Positions 20,356 to 30,759 of a stretch of DNA of 64,000 nt are shown here, in pieces. The stretch lies in assembly GCA_963729895.1 (NCBI GenBank), contig CAVSQB010000028.1:32001-96000 (forward strand), read 5' to 3'. The notes below the pieces were generated by a model. That model saw only the letters and a list, made by a program, of their open reading frames with translations. It had not been told where the DNA came from and ran no database searches. Position 1 is the first letter of the stretch; the number at the start of each line of letters is the position of its first letter. The position numbers and the translations under genes were made by a program. This stretch comes from an uncultured Fibrobacterota bacterium. Its GTDB lineage: Bacteria; Fibrobacterota; Chitinivibrionia; Chitinivibrionales; FEN-1185.

Positions 20356-21428
20356 AGACAATACCGCTCATTCTTGCAGGCGGAAAGGGCGAACGGTTCT
20401 GGCCGCTCTCGCGTTCGTCGCGGCCCAAGCAGTTGCTCCCCTTGTTCGGGAAATCCACCATGATCGAGGAAACCCTGGCGCGCACCAGGGCCGCGTCGGG
20501 AGGCGGAAAGCCCCTGGTGATCACCGGCCGGCAGTGCGCCGCGGGAATAAGAAAAGCGCTTGCGGGAAGCGGCGCGTACGACTGCATCGTGGAGCCTGCG
20601 GGCAAAAACACCGCGCCCGCGATCGCACTGGCCGCCGCCTGGATGCGCAGGCGATACGGCGAAGCGGTGATGCTTGTCGCCTCCTCCGACCACGCCATTG
20701 CGCCGGTTGGCGCATATGTAAAGGCGGTGCGGGCGGCCGTCGCCGAGGCCGTGCGGTCGCCGGCCCTTGTAGTATTTGGTGTCCGACCCACGCGGCCCGA
20801 CGTTGGATACGGTTACATAAAGGTGGGAGAGCCGCTGCCGGGAATGCGCGGCGTCGACTGCTTTGTGGCACAAGGGTTCGTGGAAAAACCCGGCCCGCGC
20901 CTTGCGAGAAGGTACGTTGCGGCCAAAACCTATCTGTGGAACAGCGGCATGTTCGTGTGGAGAACATCGGTGATACTGGCCGAATTCGAGCGCAGCATGC
21001 CCGAATTGTACCGCCAGGCCTGCCGCGCAGAAAAGGCTGGCTTTACAAAAAGAGCAATCGAGAGGTTCTACGCGAACTGCGAGGCGCAATCCATCGACTA
21101 CGGCATCATGGAAAAATCGCACCGTATCGTTGCAGTGGCAGGGAGATTCTTCTGGGACGATATCGGTTCATGGGAGGCGATACGGCGCGTTCATCCGGGC
21201 AATAAGAAGGGAACGGCCGTCGTCGGTCGTTTGGTGTTCGAACGCGAGTGCACGGGTTCCATCGTGTACAATGCGTCGGGGCTCCATGTGGCGTCCCTTG
21301 GCCTCGATAACATTGTACTCGTGGTTACGTCCGACGCGGTTCTCGCGATTGCGCGGCCGCTATTACCTCAAATCAAGAAATATCTGGGAATGATGAAGGA
21401 CAGGAAGTTTCCGCGAAGCCTGTTCTGA
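20352..21428 (+). CDS. manC: Mannose-1-phosphate guanylyltransferase (no PMI cupin)
   Basis: [47 protein letters not shown] and WDDIGSW motifs. Confidence 0.9.
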   Translation: MKTIPLILAGGKGERFWPLSRSSRPKQLLPLFGKSTMIEETLARTRAASGGGKPLVITGRQCAAGIRKALAGSGAYDCIVEPAGKNTAPAIALAAAWMRRRYGEAVMLVASSDHAIAPVGAYVKAVRAAVAEAVRSPALVVFGVRPTRPDVGYGYIKVGEPLPGMRGVDCFVAQGFVEKPGPRLARRYVAAKTYLWNSGMFVWRTSVILAEFERSMPELYRQACRAEKAGFTKRAIERFYANCEAQSIDYGIMEKSHRIVAVAGRFFWDDIGSWEAIRRVHPGNKKGTAVVGRLVFERECTGSIVYNASGLHVASLGLDNIVLVVTSDAVLAIARPLLPQIKKYLGMMKDRKFPRSLF

Positions 21429-21446
21429 TTTTCCCCGGTGCCCGCC

Positions 21447-22622
21447 ATGGAAGAAAAACCACTCTCCATACTGTTCCTTGCCGGCGACCCATCGGGCGAC
21501 GAGCATGCCGCGGCAATCATCCGCCGCCTGCACACGGTGCTGCCCGAGGCGCGGACGTTCGGCATAGGCGGGCCATGCATGAGGGCGCAGGGATTTGAGC
21601 AGCTCATGCCCTTTGAGCCGTTCAACCGCATGGGGTTTGCCGAAGTTCTTCTGCACCTGCCGTTTTTCCTGCGCGCCAAATCGTATCTTGTAAAGCAGCT
21701 TCGCGAGCGGAAACCGGCCGCGCTCGTGTGCGTCGATTTTCCGGGATTCAATATTCCGCTTATGAAAACGGCGAAACGAATGGCCATCCCGGTTATCTGG
21801 TATATTGTCCCGCAGGTATGGGCATGGAAGAAGAAGCGCGCCGCTGTCCTTGGCGCCAACGCGTCGTTTATTGCCGTTGTTTTTCCGTTCGAGGAGGCAT
21901 ATTTCAAACCGTTTGCTGCACCGGTTTCCTTTGTGGGGCATCCACTGGTGGAACTGCTCGGCGGAGCGTCCGTCGCAGGCGCAAAAGTCGCTGTTGACAG
22001 GAACGGGCCGATTGCCCTTGCTCTTGTGCCGGGAAGCAGGCATCAGGAAATCGTGCGCATGCTGCCGCCCATGATCGATGCGGCAATGATCCTCAGGCAA
22101 GCCTATCCGAAACTCACGGTGCGCCTTTCCAAATGCAGGGGACTTCCGGACAGCCTGTTTACTGCGCAGGCGGAACGGTTTACCAAGCGCTACCCCGGCA
22201 GCATCGAAGTGAGCGATGAACCCCTGTTCTCCCTCGTGTGCAAATGCGACTGCGCGATCGTGACCTCGGGAACGGCAACCCTCCAAACGGCGCTGTGCGG
22301 CGTGCCGCTGGTGATAGCCTACCGCACGTCCGCGGCCACCTTTTCCCTTATGAAAAGTATGGTGAAGCTGCCTTTTATCGGGCTGCCCAACATCGTGGCG
22401 GGCGAACGCATCGTTCCCGAATGCATTCAAGACGATGCATCGGGCCGCCGGCTCGCCGAGGAAATCGGCCGTTTTCTTGAATCGAAAGACTTGTACCAAT
22501 CAACCGCACAGAAACTCTCCGGGCTCAGGCAAAAGCTCGGCGGCAGGCGGCCGTCGGTTGAGGTGGCGGCCGCTATCCGTGACATCGTGATGCGCGGAGA
22601 ACAGGGACGCCATACGCCATGA
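21447..22622 (+). CDS. lpxB: Lipid-A-disaccharide synthase
   Basis: AGDPSGD, DFPGFN, PQVWAW, FPFE, FVGHP, PGSR..E, SGTATL and LPNI motifs. Confidence 0.92.
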   Translation: MEEKPLSILFLAGDPSGDEHAAAIIRRLHTVLPEARTFGIGGPCMRAQGFEQLMPFEPFNRMGFAEVLLHLPFFLRAKSYLVKQLRERKPAALVCVDFPGFNIPLMKTAKRMAIPVIWYIVPQVWAWKKKRAAVLGANASFIAVVFPFEEAYFKPFAAPVSFVGHPLVELLGGASVAGAKVAVDRNGPIALALVPGSRHQEIVRMLPPMIDAAMILRQAYPKLTVRLSKCRGLPDSLFTAQAERFTKRYPGSIEVSDEPLFSLVCKCDCAIVTSGTATLQTALCGVPLVIAYRTSAATFSLMKSMVKLPFIGLPNIVAGERIVPECIQDDASGRRLAEEIGRFLESKDLYQSTAQKLSGLRQKLGGRRPSVEVAAAIRDIVMRGEQGRHTP

Positions 22623-23848
22623 CCTCCAGCGCCCGCCGCGCCACGGTCGCAATTGTTAAATGCGGCACCTACGAGACTGGTGAAGTCCTTGCCGCGGTGC
22701 GCCGGGGCGTTGACCTGGTGGGCGGCATGTCGCAGTTTGTAAAGAGCGCCGAAACCATCCTCGTAAAGCCCAATGTTCTCGTGGGTGCTCCTCCGCACAG
22801 GTGTGTGACGACGCATCCTTCGGTATTCGGCGCCGTGTGCACGTGCCTCAAGGAAACGGGCTGCACCGTTACCTACGGTGATTCGCCGGGGCTTATTGAC
22901 GGCTGGGGCAGATGCGAACCGGCCCTGCGCAAGGCGGGGCTTGCGGCGGTTGCCGAGGAATTGGGCGTTTCGTGCGCCGATTTCGCGGCCGGCGTCCAAG
23001 TGAATAACACGGGCAAGGGTTCGCACCGGCTTTTTGTGATCGCTCAAGGCGTGCGCGCTGCCGACGGCGTGGTGAGCCTGCCCAAGCTCAAGACCCACGG
23101 GCTTACGCGGATGACCGGCGCTCTCAAGAACCAGTACGGGTGTGTGCCCGGAACCTACAAGGGCCAGTACCATGCGCGGGTGCCGAACGTGCATGACTTT
23201 TCGCGGCTCCTTGCGGACATTACCGCATTTGTAAAGCCACGGCTCTTTGTGATGGACGCGGTGATGGCCATGGAGGGAAACGGGCCCATGAACGGCAGCC
23301 CGCGCAAGGTGGGCGCACTACTCGTGTCGGCCGACCCCGTTGCCATGGATGCGGTGGCCTGCAGGCTCATCAACCTTGACCCGCGGTATGTTCCCGTTTT
23401 ACAACCGGGCCAGGATGCGGGGCTGGGCACGTGGGATGCCGGAAGCATCGACCTGGTGGGCGACGATATCGGCGACCTGGTGGTGCGCGATTTCAAGGTG
23501 ACTAGGTCGGCGCCGGTGTCTTTGCCCGAACAGGGCGTAACCCGTCTCATTCGGAACGCGATAGTCACCAAGCCCGTTATTTCACCGCCCGCGTGCACTC
23601 GGTGCGGCGCGTGCATGCGAGCCTGCCCGGTGCAGCCCAAGGCGCTTGCGTGGGGCACGGACGGGAACAAACGCCCGCCGCGTTACAAGTACGAAAGATG
23701 CATCCGGTGCTTCTGTTGCCACGAGATATGTCCCTCCGGTGCCATCACCATCCAAACGCCGCTGCTTGGGAGACTCCTGCCGTTCTTGTCGTATTTTTCA
23801 TTGGTATTTTCGAATATTCTTGCGAGGAGGGCGAAAGGAAGAGATTAA
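22619..23848 (+). CDS. DUF362 domain protein with 2[4Fe-4S] ferredoxin domain
   Basis: VKPN, TTHP, LPKLKTH, ALKN and MEGNGP motifs; CTRCGAC...CP and CIRCFCC...CP. Confidence 0.88.
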   Translation: MTSSARRATVAIVKCGTYETGEVLAAVRRGVDLVGGMSQFVKSAETILVKPNVLVGAPPHRCVTTHPSVFGAVCTCLKETGCTVTYGDSPGLIDGWGRCEPALRKAGLAAVAEELGVSCADFAAGVQVNNTGKGSHRLFVIAQGVRAADGVVSLPKLKTHGLTRMTGALKNQYGCVPGTYKGQYHARVPNVHDFSRLLADITAFVKPRLFVMDAVMAMEGNGPMNGSPRKVGALLVSADPVAMDAVACRLINLDPRYVPVLQPGQDAGLGTWDAGSIDLVGDDIGDLVVRDFKVTRSAPVSLPEQGVTRLIRNAIVTKPVISPPACTRCGACMRACPVQPKALAWGTDGNKRPPRYKYERCIRCFCCHEICPSGAITIQTPLLGRLLPFLSYFSLVFSNILARRAKGRD

Positions 23849-23881
23849 GGGAACCTGTATCAATTTGTTTATTTGTCAATG

Positions 23882-24158
23882 CCCCCCTCGAAGATTCCCC
23901 GAAGGGGGACTTATTGGAAGAATTTATTATGGGAATCTCCAAAAATTGTCTCGATGTCATTGCGAGGAGCGAAGCGACGCGGCAATCTCCGGTTCTCCAC
24001 TATAAAAACGCGAGATTGCTTCACTTCGTTCGCAATGACAACCCGCGTTTTTGAATATTTAGAGGTGCCCCTCCGGGATTAGGGGGCGAGCAAGAAGAGC
24101 TCACTTTTTGTGGGTTCGAATTACCAACAGCAGATTGCTTCGCTTCGCTCGCAATGAC
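23882..24158. repeat. Cluster of REP/MITE-like palindromes between convergent genes
   Basis: GTCATTGCGAGGAGCGAAGCGACGCGGCAATCTC (23956-23989) pairs with GAGATTGC...CGCAATGAC (24012-24039); second half-copy 24132-24158; outer CCCCCC..GAAGGGGG arms. Confidence 0.75.
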
Positions 24159-24225
24159 AAGGTGGATTCGTCTCATCCAGAATCCTGAATCCGTCCTTGC
24201 ATCAACCTTTCAACCCCTCAACCTT

Positions 24226-25176
24226 TCAACTTCTCTCCGGCACAAGCTGATGAACGAGCGCGGCAACGCTGTCCGGCGTAATCTGCGCGAGGCAATTGTG
24301 GTGGCGGTGCTTGCAGGAGCGTTTGAAACAGGGTGAACAGCCGGTCTTTGCATGCGCGATACGGACCTTGTTTCCGAGCGGCCGTGTCCATGCGGGCGAC
24401 GTTGACCCGAATATTCCCACCACGGGCGTTCCCACGTAGCCGGCCAGATGCATAAGGCCCGAATCGTTTGCAACAACGACCTTGGCGCTCGAAATGATCC
24501 GCGCAGCTTCCACAAGGGACGTTGTGCCGCACAAGTTCTTGACGCGCTCGGGGGCAACGGACTCTATGGCCTCTGCAGCCTCGCCATCGCCGCTGTCGCC
24601 GAGAATCACGATTTCCCGTTCGGGAAGCAGTTCCGCCAGTTCGGGAAACCCGCCCCAGCGTTTTGCCGGCCCGTATTTGGAGCCGGGGCAGAACACGATG
24701 CGCCCGCCGTATTTTTCTGGTTTATCTACCTTGACGCCCTGCCAATACTCCGGTGGAACGAAGTCGGTCTCGAGCACGAGGGCGTATTCGTAGGTAAGAT
24801 GGCGCGAGGTGTCGCGCAGCGACCGCGGCAGGGCCTGGGTAAGCAGGCACGACCGCCCGTCGCTCGTGATGCCGCGCCGCCTCTTAATCCTTGTCAAATA
24901 TGAAAAAAGCCCGGACGAGAACGATGGCGGCAGCACGTACACCGTTTCGACCCCTTCTTTCTTTACGCGCGCAAGCGTGTCTCGGCGTTCCGTCCAGGAT
25001 TTTCGTTTGTAGGGAATGACGGGAAGGCCGCCCAGAAGACTGCACAGCGGTACAAGCGGAGGATGCACCAGGATCGTGACGCCGGCGTGCTGCATGGTGA
25101 TTTTTCGATGAATCACCGACAGGGCAAGTGTGCAGTCGCCCAGCCAATTCGGCATGATGATAAGTTCTTTGCCCAT
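24226..25176 (-). CDS. waaF: LPS heptosyltransferase II (GT9)
   Basis: PNWLGD, PGSKYGPAKRW, NDSGLMHLA, FGST and CSPC motifs. Confidence 0.88.
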   Translation of the reverse strand: MGKELIIMPNWLGDCTLALSVIHRKITMQHAGVTILVHPPLVPLCSLLGGLPVIPYKRKSWTERRDTLARVKKEGVETVYVLPPSFSSGLFSYLTRIKRRRGITSDGRSCLLTQALPRSLRDTSRHLTYEYALVLETDFVPPEYWQGVKVDKPEKYGGRIVFCPGSKYGPAKRWGGFPELAELLPEREIVILGDSGDGEAAEAIESVAPERVKNLCGTTSLVEAARIISSAKVVVANDSGLMHLAGYVGTPVVGIFGSTSPAWTRPLGNKVRIAHAKTGCSPCFKRSCKHRHHNCLAQITPDSVAALVHQLVPERS

Positions 25177-25276
25177 TGCATCGGTCCCCGGCGCCGCCGA
25201 TATCGCAGCCGCCTTGAATAATATAATTCACACGATGATGGGTAAAAAGGGCCGGCGCCCATCGCAAGAATGCGGA

Positions 25277-26677
25277 TCAGTCTCGGGATGACGCATTCAG
25301 GTACGACAGGTAGTGCTTGTTCTCCTTTGTCCATTGGCGGAGGATGCCCTTGCCCATAAACTGGATAAACGACGGATAAAACGACCTGATATGCGCCGTG
25401 CGGAACAGGTTCTCCACAGAGGCGATTGCCGCGTGCGCGCTCGCGTTTATCGCGCTGTTTATCGCGTTTGTATAGGAATAAAAGTCCCCGAAGCACTCGA
25501 TCATGCCGCGCTGCAACTCGTTTGCGGTCATCTGTTTGGGCGCGAATGTCACGTGCATGCCGTCGTAGTAGTTCCAGTTCCTGTGGAGCAACCTGCCTTC
25601 GCTGATCATCCGCTCGAAGACCTCGGTGCCGGGCAGGGGGGTAAGCACCGAGTATTGCACATAGTCGAGGCCGCTTTCCTTTGAGAATTCGGCGGTGGTC
25701 CTGAACATGTCCTTGGTGTCCGCGTCGCTGCCCAGGATAAACATGCCGTGCACCATGATGTTGTTCTCGCGGAAAACTTTTATCGAGCGCCTGATATCGT
25801 CCACGGTTTGCCGCTTGTTCATATCCTTGAGGGTCTGGGGGTTTATCGATTCGAATCCCACGTACACCACTTTGCATCCGGCCTGCTTCATCTTTTTCAC
25901 GAACTCGGGCCGCTGCGTCACATTGGTGCGGACCTGCGCGGTCCATTTCCGACTGAACCTGTTCTTGAGCATGATGTCGAGGATTTCTCCCGAGCGTTCG
26001 AGGTCCACGCAGAAATTATCGTCTACAAAGAATACCGTTCCCTTGACATGACGCGATATCTCGCTCCACACCCTGGAGGGGCTCTGCGCCCGATAGTCTC
26101 TTCCGAACATCTTGGTGACCGAGCAGAAATTGCAGTCGAACGGACAGCCGCGCGAGGTCATGACGGGTTTGAGACCGCGCTTTCCCCAGCCGCGGATAAG
26201 CGAATAGTCGGGAAAGGGAAGTGAATCGAGGTCTTCGAGCCTGTGGCCGTGCACCAGGGGATCTTTGATGGTTCCTTCCGCCAAGTCAAGGAACAGCGTC
26301 TCCGCTTCACCCACCACCACCTGGTCGAAGTGCTCGCTCACGTCGTTGGGGAGCATGCTTGCGTGTATGCCGCCCACAATCGAACGCGAGGGCCTATGGA
26401 GCGCGGCGCGCGTGTTCCTGTACAATGCCGACAGTTCCTTGCCCCGTTCGATGGTGGCCGTGATGCAGCTCACGCACAAGAGATCGACGTCGGCAAGCTC
26501 GCTGGCGGCGATAGGCCGGCCGAGGATATTCTCGTTGAGGATCGACACGTCGTAGCCCGCCGCCTTTGCCATTGCGGCGAGATACATGGGCCCCAAAAGA
26601 GGGATTGACATGAACCGGGAGAAGATGTTGGCAACTGCGCCGACCGGTTCCACAAACAGAATTGTTTTTGGTTTCAT
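25277..26677 (-). CDS. B12-binding radical SAM protein
   Basis: PLLGPMYLAA, GGIHAS, GEAE, TSRGCPFDCNFC, DDNF, GFES and LTPLPGT motifs; ATGA-coupled to the upstream membrane gene. Confidence 0.88.
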   Translation of the reverse strand: MKPKTILFVEPVGAVANIFSRFMSIPLLGPMYLAAMAKAAGYDVSILNENILGRPIAASELADVDLLCVSCITATIERGKELSALYRNTRAALHRPSRSIVGGIHASMLPNDVSEHFDQVVVGEAETLFLDLAEGTIKDPLVHGHRLEDLDSLPFPDYSLIRGWGKRGLKPVMTSRGCPFDCNFCSVTKMFGRDYRAQSPSRVWSEISRHVKGTVFFVDDNFCVDLERSGEILDIMLKNRFSRKWTAQVRTNVTQRPEFVKKMKQAGCKVVYVGFESINPQTLKDMNKRQTVDDIRRSIKVFRENNIMVHGMFILGSDADTKDMFRTTAEFSKESGLDYVQYSVLTPLPGTEVFERMISEGRLLHRNWNYYDGMHVTFAPKQMTANELQRGMIECFGDFYSYTNAINSAINASAHAAIASVENLFRTAHIRSFYPSFIQFMGKGILRQWTKENKHYLSYLNASSRD

Positions 26678-27180
26678 TGAAAGTCCTTCTGCTGAGGGAG
26701 TTCCTTTTTTGCAAAGAGGTTTATGGAAAGCAGGCTCAATCCGAACACCACGAGCGACAACGGCCAGAGCCTCAGAGACACGGAGAAGACAAGCCACAAC
26801 GCGCCGAACAAGGCAACGAACAGTATCGAAATGTACAAAAAGATCCTACTTCTGGTTGCAATAGTGGTAACGAGGAAACTCACGCCTACGATCCCGAGAA
26901 ATAGCGGCCACAGCCTGCCCATCTGCGTCCAGGAGGTGAAATTCAGGTAGTAAAAAAGGAGACCCAGCGGAATAAGAAAGGAACCGATCCAGATAAGTGC
27001 CGCATCACCCCGTTTGCTCTGAAAGTACAAGAGCATGAAGCCTGATCCCGTCAGCAGGATGAACAGGGGCCAGTGCGAGCTGATTCCTGCCACGACATTA
27101 AAATTCTCAAGAGTGAGTACCGCACCCGCAACGATGAAGACTACCGCAATGCTCGTGAGCGATCTGTTTGTTTTTGCCAT
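26674..27180 (-). CDS. Small multi-pass membrane protein (LiaI/LiaF-like WPL repeats)
   Basis: About 6 TM helices; three WPL motifs; paralog at 49189..49671. Confidence 0.75.
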   Translation of the reverse strand: MAKTNRSLTSIAVVFIVAGAVLTLENFNVVAGISSHWPLFILLTGSGFMLLYFQSKRGDAALIWIGSFLIPLGLLFYYLNFTSWTQMGRLWPLFLGIVGVSFLVTTIATRSRIFLYISILFVALFGALWLVFSVSLRLWPLSLVVFGLSLLSINLFAKKELPQQKDFQ

Positions 27181-27396
27181 ATTGTTGGTACAGGTGCAAT
27201 ATACTCTCTTGTTGACGGAATAAGTCGAAGTTTGACGGGTATCCATGCGGGACGACATTCACGATTTCGACCACCTATTTGGCAAACACGAAAAAAATGT
27301 TTGATTCGGCACCATGAGTAACCTATCTTCTCTGGTATGGCAAGGGACGAGCGCATGGCCTCCCCGGCCTTTGATCGGCATACGAAAGGAGCTTTC

Positions 27397-28968
27397 ATGA
27401 CGCCAAATCCTGCTGTTCGAGTATTCGGCCTTGTTACCGTTCTTGGTACCGTGGGACTCGCTCTCGCTGCTCAATCGGCAAGCAACGACGAAGGCCCGAA
27501 CCCCACGATTTCCACCAACGGGACCAGAGGTCTCGTCTACACCCAATCAGCGGAAACCATGGGCCAGGGCAGGCTGTCATTTTCGCTTGAGGGAAGCTGG
27601 TACAAACAGGAAACGGGTTATCTGCAAACGCCCAACGCAGGCTCGAACATCATTGTCGGCACAGGCGCGTTTTCCTTTGGCATCAATCCCTGGTTCGACG
27701 TCTTTGCGCTTGGGAGCGGGTTCGGCTCAACCGGGTACACCGGCAGTCCGGCGGCTGGCGTCGGCGCTGTGCAGGCAGGCGTAATAGGAGCGCTGCCTTT
27801 GCCCGACAAGTCGCCGTTTCATGCCGCGGCCCAGGTTTCCATCATCGGCGGGACTTCCGCCAACCAGCTTGACTCGAACAAGGCGGACGGGTACGATTTT
27901 TTTGAGACGCGCACGGGCTACGACTTTGTCGGCAAGCTGCTCGAGTCGCTCGTGTTCGGTACCGAAGCGCAGTCGTTTAAGATCCATCTCAACGAAGGCG
28001 CGGTATACTCCTTGCAAAAAAACATGAAACCCCTGCTGCTTCTCGGACTCGGCATACAGGGAAACGTTCACCCGGCCGTGGCCCTTGGACTCGAAATAAA
28101 CTCGCGCACGTTTTTCGACAGCGTGGCGTTCGGCACCGATCCCCTGTGGGTAACGCCTTCCATCATGTTTCGTACGCCGTGGTACATGAATTTCCTGCTC
28201 GGCGCGGACATTGCCGCTTCACAAGAGAGAAGCTTGGGTGCGCTCAGGAGCCTCGAACAGTACCGCATCTTTGGCGGCATTGACTTCACCTTCGACCTGC
28301 TTGCCGGCAAGAGAAAAGCCGAGCGCGAGGCAAAGGCCGAGGCGGAACGCAAAGCAGGGCTTGAAAAAGCGGAACACTTCAGAAAAGAGGCGCGCCTCAG
28401 GGCGGTGGCAGACAGCCTTGCAGAAAAGGTAAAAGCCGATTCCATTGCAGCGGCGCAGGAACGCATGGCGGAAAAACGGCGCGCGGATTCCCTTGCCCAG
28501 AAGGCACAGCAGGACTCCATTACGCTTGCCGAGACAAGGAAGCGGCTCCAGGATGAAATGTCGAAACGGTCGGACGTTGAAAAGAAATTGCTTTCCACCG
28601 GGCTTCTTATCCTTGACGCAGTCTACTTCGAAAGCGGCAAAACCGAGATATCCATCAATTCCAAGCCGTATCTCAACATCATCGGCAGGATGCTGCTCAA
28701 GTATCCCAAACTCCAACTCGAGGTGGGCGGCCACACCGACAACCTTGGCGGGTACGAGGCGAACAAACGCCTGAGCTTTGCGCGGGCGGAATCGGTACGC
28801 CAATTCCTTGTGCTGGTGGCGCCGGACCTGGCGACGCGGCTCACGGCCAACGGCTACGGCCCGGACATGCCCAAGGCGGATAACAGGACCGCGGCGGGAC
28901 GCAAGCAGAACAGGAGAGTGGAATTGCAGGTTACGAACAAGGATGTGCTCAAGGAATACAATCCATAG
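27397..28968 (+). CDS. OmpA-family outer membrane protein
   Basis: Beta-barrel-like N-terminus; ADSLA/ADSIA coiled linker; GHTDN...LSFARA...NRRVE OmpA_C domain. Confidence 0.9.
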   Translation: MTPNPAVRVFGLVTVLGTVGLALAAQSASNDEGPNPTISTNGTRGLVYTQSAETMGQGRLSFSLEGSWYKQETGYLQTPNAGSNIIVGTGAFSFGINPWFDVFALGSGFGSTGYTGSPAAGVGAVQAGVIGALPLPDKSPFHAAAQVSIIGGTSANQLDSNKADGYDFFETRTGYDFVGKLLESLVFGTEAQSFKIHLNEGAVYSLQKNMKPLLLLGLGIQGNVHPAVALGLEINSRTFFDSVAFGTDPLWVTPSIMFRTPWYMNFLLGADIAASQERSLGALRSLEQYRIFGGIDFTFDLLAGKRKAEREAKAEAERKAGLEKAEHFRKEARLRAVADSLAEKVKADSIAAAQERMAEKRRADSLAQKAQQDSITLAETRKRLQDEMSKRSDVEKKLLSTGLLILDAVYFESGKTEISINSKPYLNIIGRMLLKYPKLQLEVGGHTDNLGGYEANKRLSFARAESVRQFLVLVAPDLATRLTANGYGPDMPKADNRTAAGRKQNRRVELQVTNKDVLKEYNP

Positions 28969-28996
28969 TTAAAAGAATTCCTGAGGGTATAATGCC

Positions 28997-29025
28997 GGGG
29001 CGCAGTACGATGCGCCCCTTTTTTT
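28997..29025 (+). terminator. Intrinsic terminator
   Basis: GGGGCGCA-gtacga-TGCGCCCC followed by TTTTTTT. Confidence 0.85.
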
Positions 29026-29189
29026 CGCGCGGCATGCACTTGACAGACAAGCGCCGATGGAACATTTCGGTTTGTCGGCGGGAGGGCACATTTTCCGTGC
29101 GGCCGAAAGGGGAGCATAGTCTCTTGTTAATCAATGCCGCAGCAGTATTCCCCCTCCTCGCACCGCCTCAGTACCAGGAGTAAATTTCC

Positions 29190-30014
29190 ATGTCCACTAT
29201 CGCCGCCTGCATCAAGCGCCGGGTCTCGGTACGGACCTTTGAACCAATTGCTCTTTCTTCGGAGCAAAAAGACCTCATCGCGGGAATTCTGATAACCAAT
29301 TCCAGCGGCCCTTTCGGGACTCCGGTAAGGCTGGAACTTGTGGACATCGGCGGTGCGAACAGGGTAGAGTCCAAAAAATACGGCACCTTCGGGTTTGTGC
29401 GGGGTGCGAGCAGTTTTATGGCAGGCGTGGCAAAGAATGCCGAGAAGGGGTTCCTAGATTTCGGCTACTGTTTCGAAAAAGCGGTGCTGGAGTTGACAGA
29501 CCAAAACTTCGGCACATGCTGGATGGCCCTCACCTACAATGCCGAGGGATTCAAGGAGAGGATCAACCTGCGAGCCGATGAGGCTCTGATGATAGTATCG
29601 CCGATAGGGGTTCCCTCGGGAAAACGGGCGATAGTCGATCTTCTTATCAAGGCCATTGCAAGGCCCCGCAGACGTAAACCGTGGGACCGATTGTTCTTTC
29701 TCGATACTATTGGAGCCTCACTCTCAAAGGCATCTGCAGGCTCGTACGCGCAAGCGCTCGAATGCGTGCGACTGGCGCCGTCTGCGGTTAACCTTCAGCC
29801 GTGGCGCATCGTGAAGGATTCGGCCCGCAATTCATTCCATTTCTTCATGAAAAAGAAAGGCTCCAGGACGGCAAGTGAGCTCCATGCCGGTATTGCCATG
29901 TGTCACTTTGGGCTGGCCACAGCCGAGCTTGGGCTCAAAGGGGTATGGAAAGTTTTGGACGGTATGGAAAGCCCGGAAGGCACGCATTATTGTGTGAGCT
30001 GGGACGGGGAATAA
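29190..30014 (+). CDS. Nitroreductase family protein
   Basis: RRVSVRTF, GTCW, LAPSAVNLQPW and GIAMCHF motifs. Confidence 0.85.
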   Translation: MSTIAACIKRRVSVRTFEPIALSSEQKDLIAGILITNSSGPFGTPVRLELVDIGGANRVESKKYGTFGFVRGASSFMAGVAKNAEKGFLDFGYCFEKAVLELTDQNFGTCWMALTYNAEGFKERINLRADEALMIVSPIGVPSGKRAIVDLLIKAIARPRRRKPWDRLFFLDTIGASLSKASAGSYAQALECVRLAPSAVNLQPWRIVKDSARNSFHFFMKKKGSRTASELHAGIAMCHFGLATAELGLKGVWKVLDGMESPEGTHYCVSWDGE

Positions 30015-30054
30015 CGCCGCGCAGCGCCTTCTCGGGAGATGAGAGCGGCGGTAG

Positions 30055-30636
30055 TTAATTGAGTTCGGGAACCAGCGACCAACCGTCGTCGGTGCACTTG
30101 CCCGTCTTGCCCGTGTCGCAGGTGAACCGGTAGTGGAGGGCTACTCGCCCGCCTGCCGGAGCATTGATCGCCTTCACCGTAGCTTTCATCTGCTTGAGCT
30201 TCGACTCCATGACGCCGATGCCGTAGAAATAGTTCTTATTCTCGTTTGTCATAATCCGGCGGCTTATCTTCTTCTCGTAGTCGTCGATTTCCGCGAGGGA
30301 GAACAGGCTTATCTTGTGCAGGCCCGGGGAAATGGCGATCGTGGTGCGCTTGGACACCGGGCTCGTTTCCACATCGTCGACAAATACCCGCATGTCTTTA
30401 TCCTTTCCGTCAATCACCGCGGTATCGAGGACAACCACCAGGGTACATTGCCGCGACGCGGTTTTTCCCGTCTCCTCGATGCAATATTTCTCTTTGAGCA
30501 TGAAATAGTCGAATTCGCGCTGGCTCATGGCGTCGAGGGCTTTCTTCTTCAACTCCAGGTATCTCGCGTCGTCGCACGGACCTTGAGAGCACGCGAGTGC
30601 GTACAGCGCGCATATTCCAAGAATGAACGATTTCAT
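30055..30636 (-). CDS. Hypothetical lipoprotein
   Basis: Lipobox ALAC; paired Cys; Ig/PEGA-like stretch (VFVDD...PGLHKI). Confidence 0.65.
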   Translation of the reverse strand: MKSFILGICALYALACSQGPCDDARYLELKKKALDAMSQREFDYFMLKEKYCIEETGKTASRQCTLVVVLDTAVIDGKDKDMRVFVDDVETSPVSKRTTIAISPGLHKISLFSLAEIDDYEKKISRRIMTNENKNYFYGIGVMESKLKQMKATVKAINAPAGGRVALHYRFTCDTGKTGKCTDDGWSLVPELN

Positions 30637-30759
30637 CGAGACCCCTTTCGTGGATGGGTGCCGAACAGCCTGGTACACAAAATAAATAATCTTTCGCCGA
30701 ATAATGCCTGCAAATTACGCCAGCGCGGCGCGTGCCTGTTTCAATATCGCTTGCGGCAA

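Noticed and set aside
20090..21205. 371-aa alternative-frame ORF and similar long overlapping ORFs
   Set aside because: High-GC alternate-frame artefacts over well-supported genes
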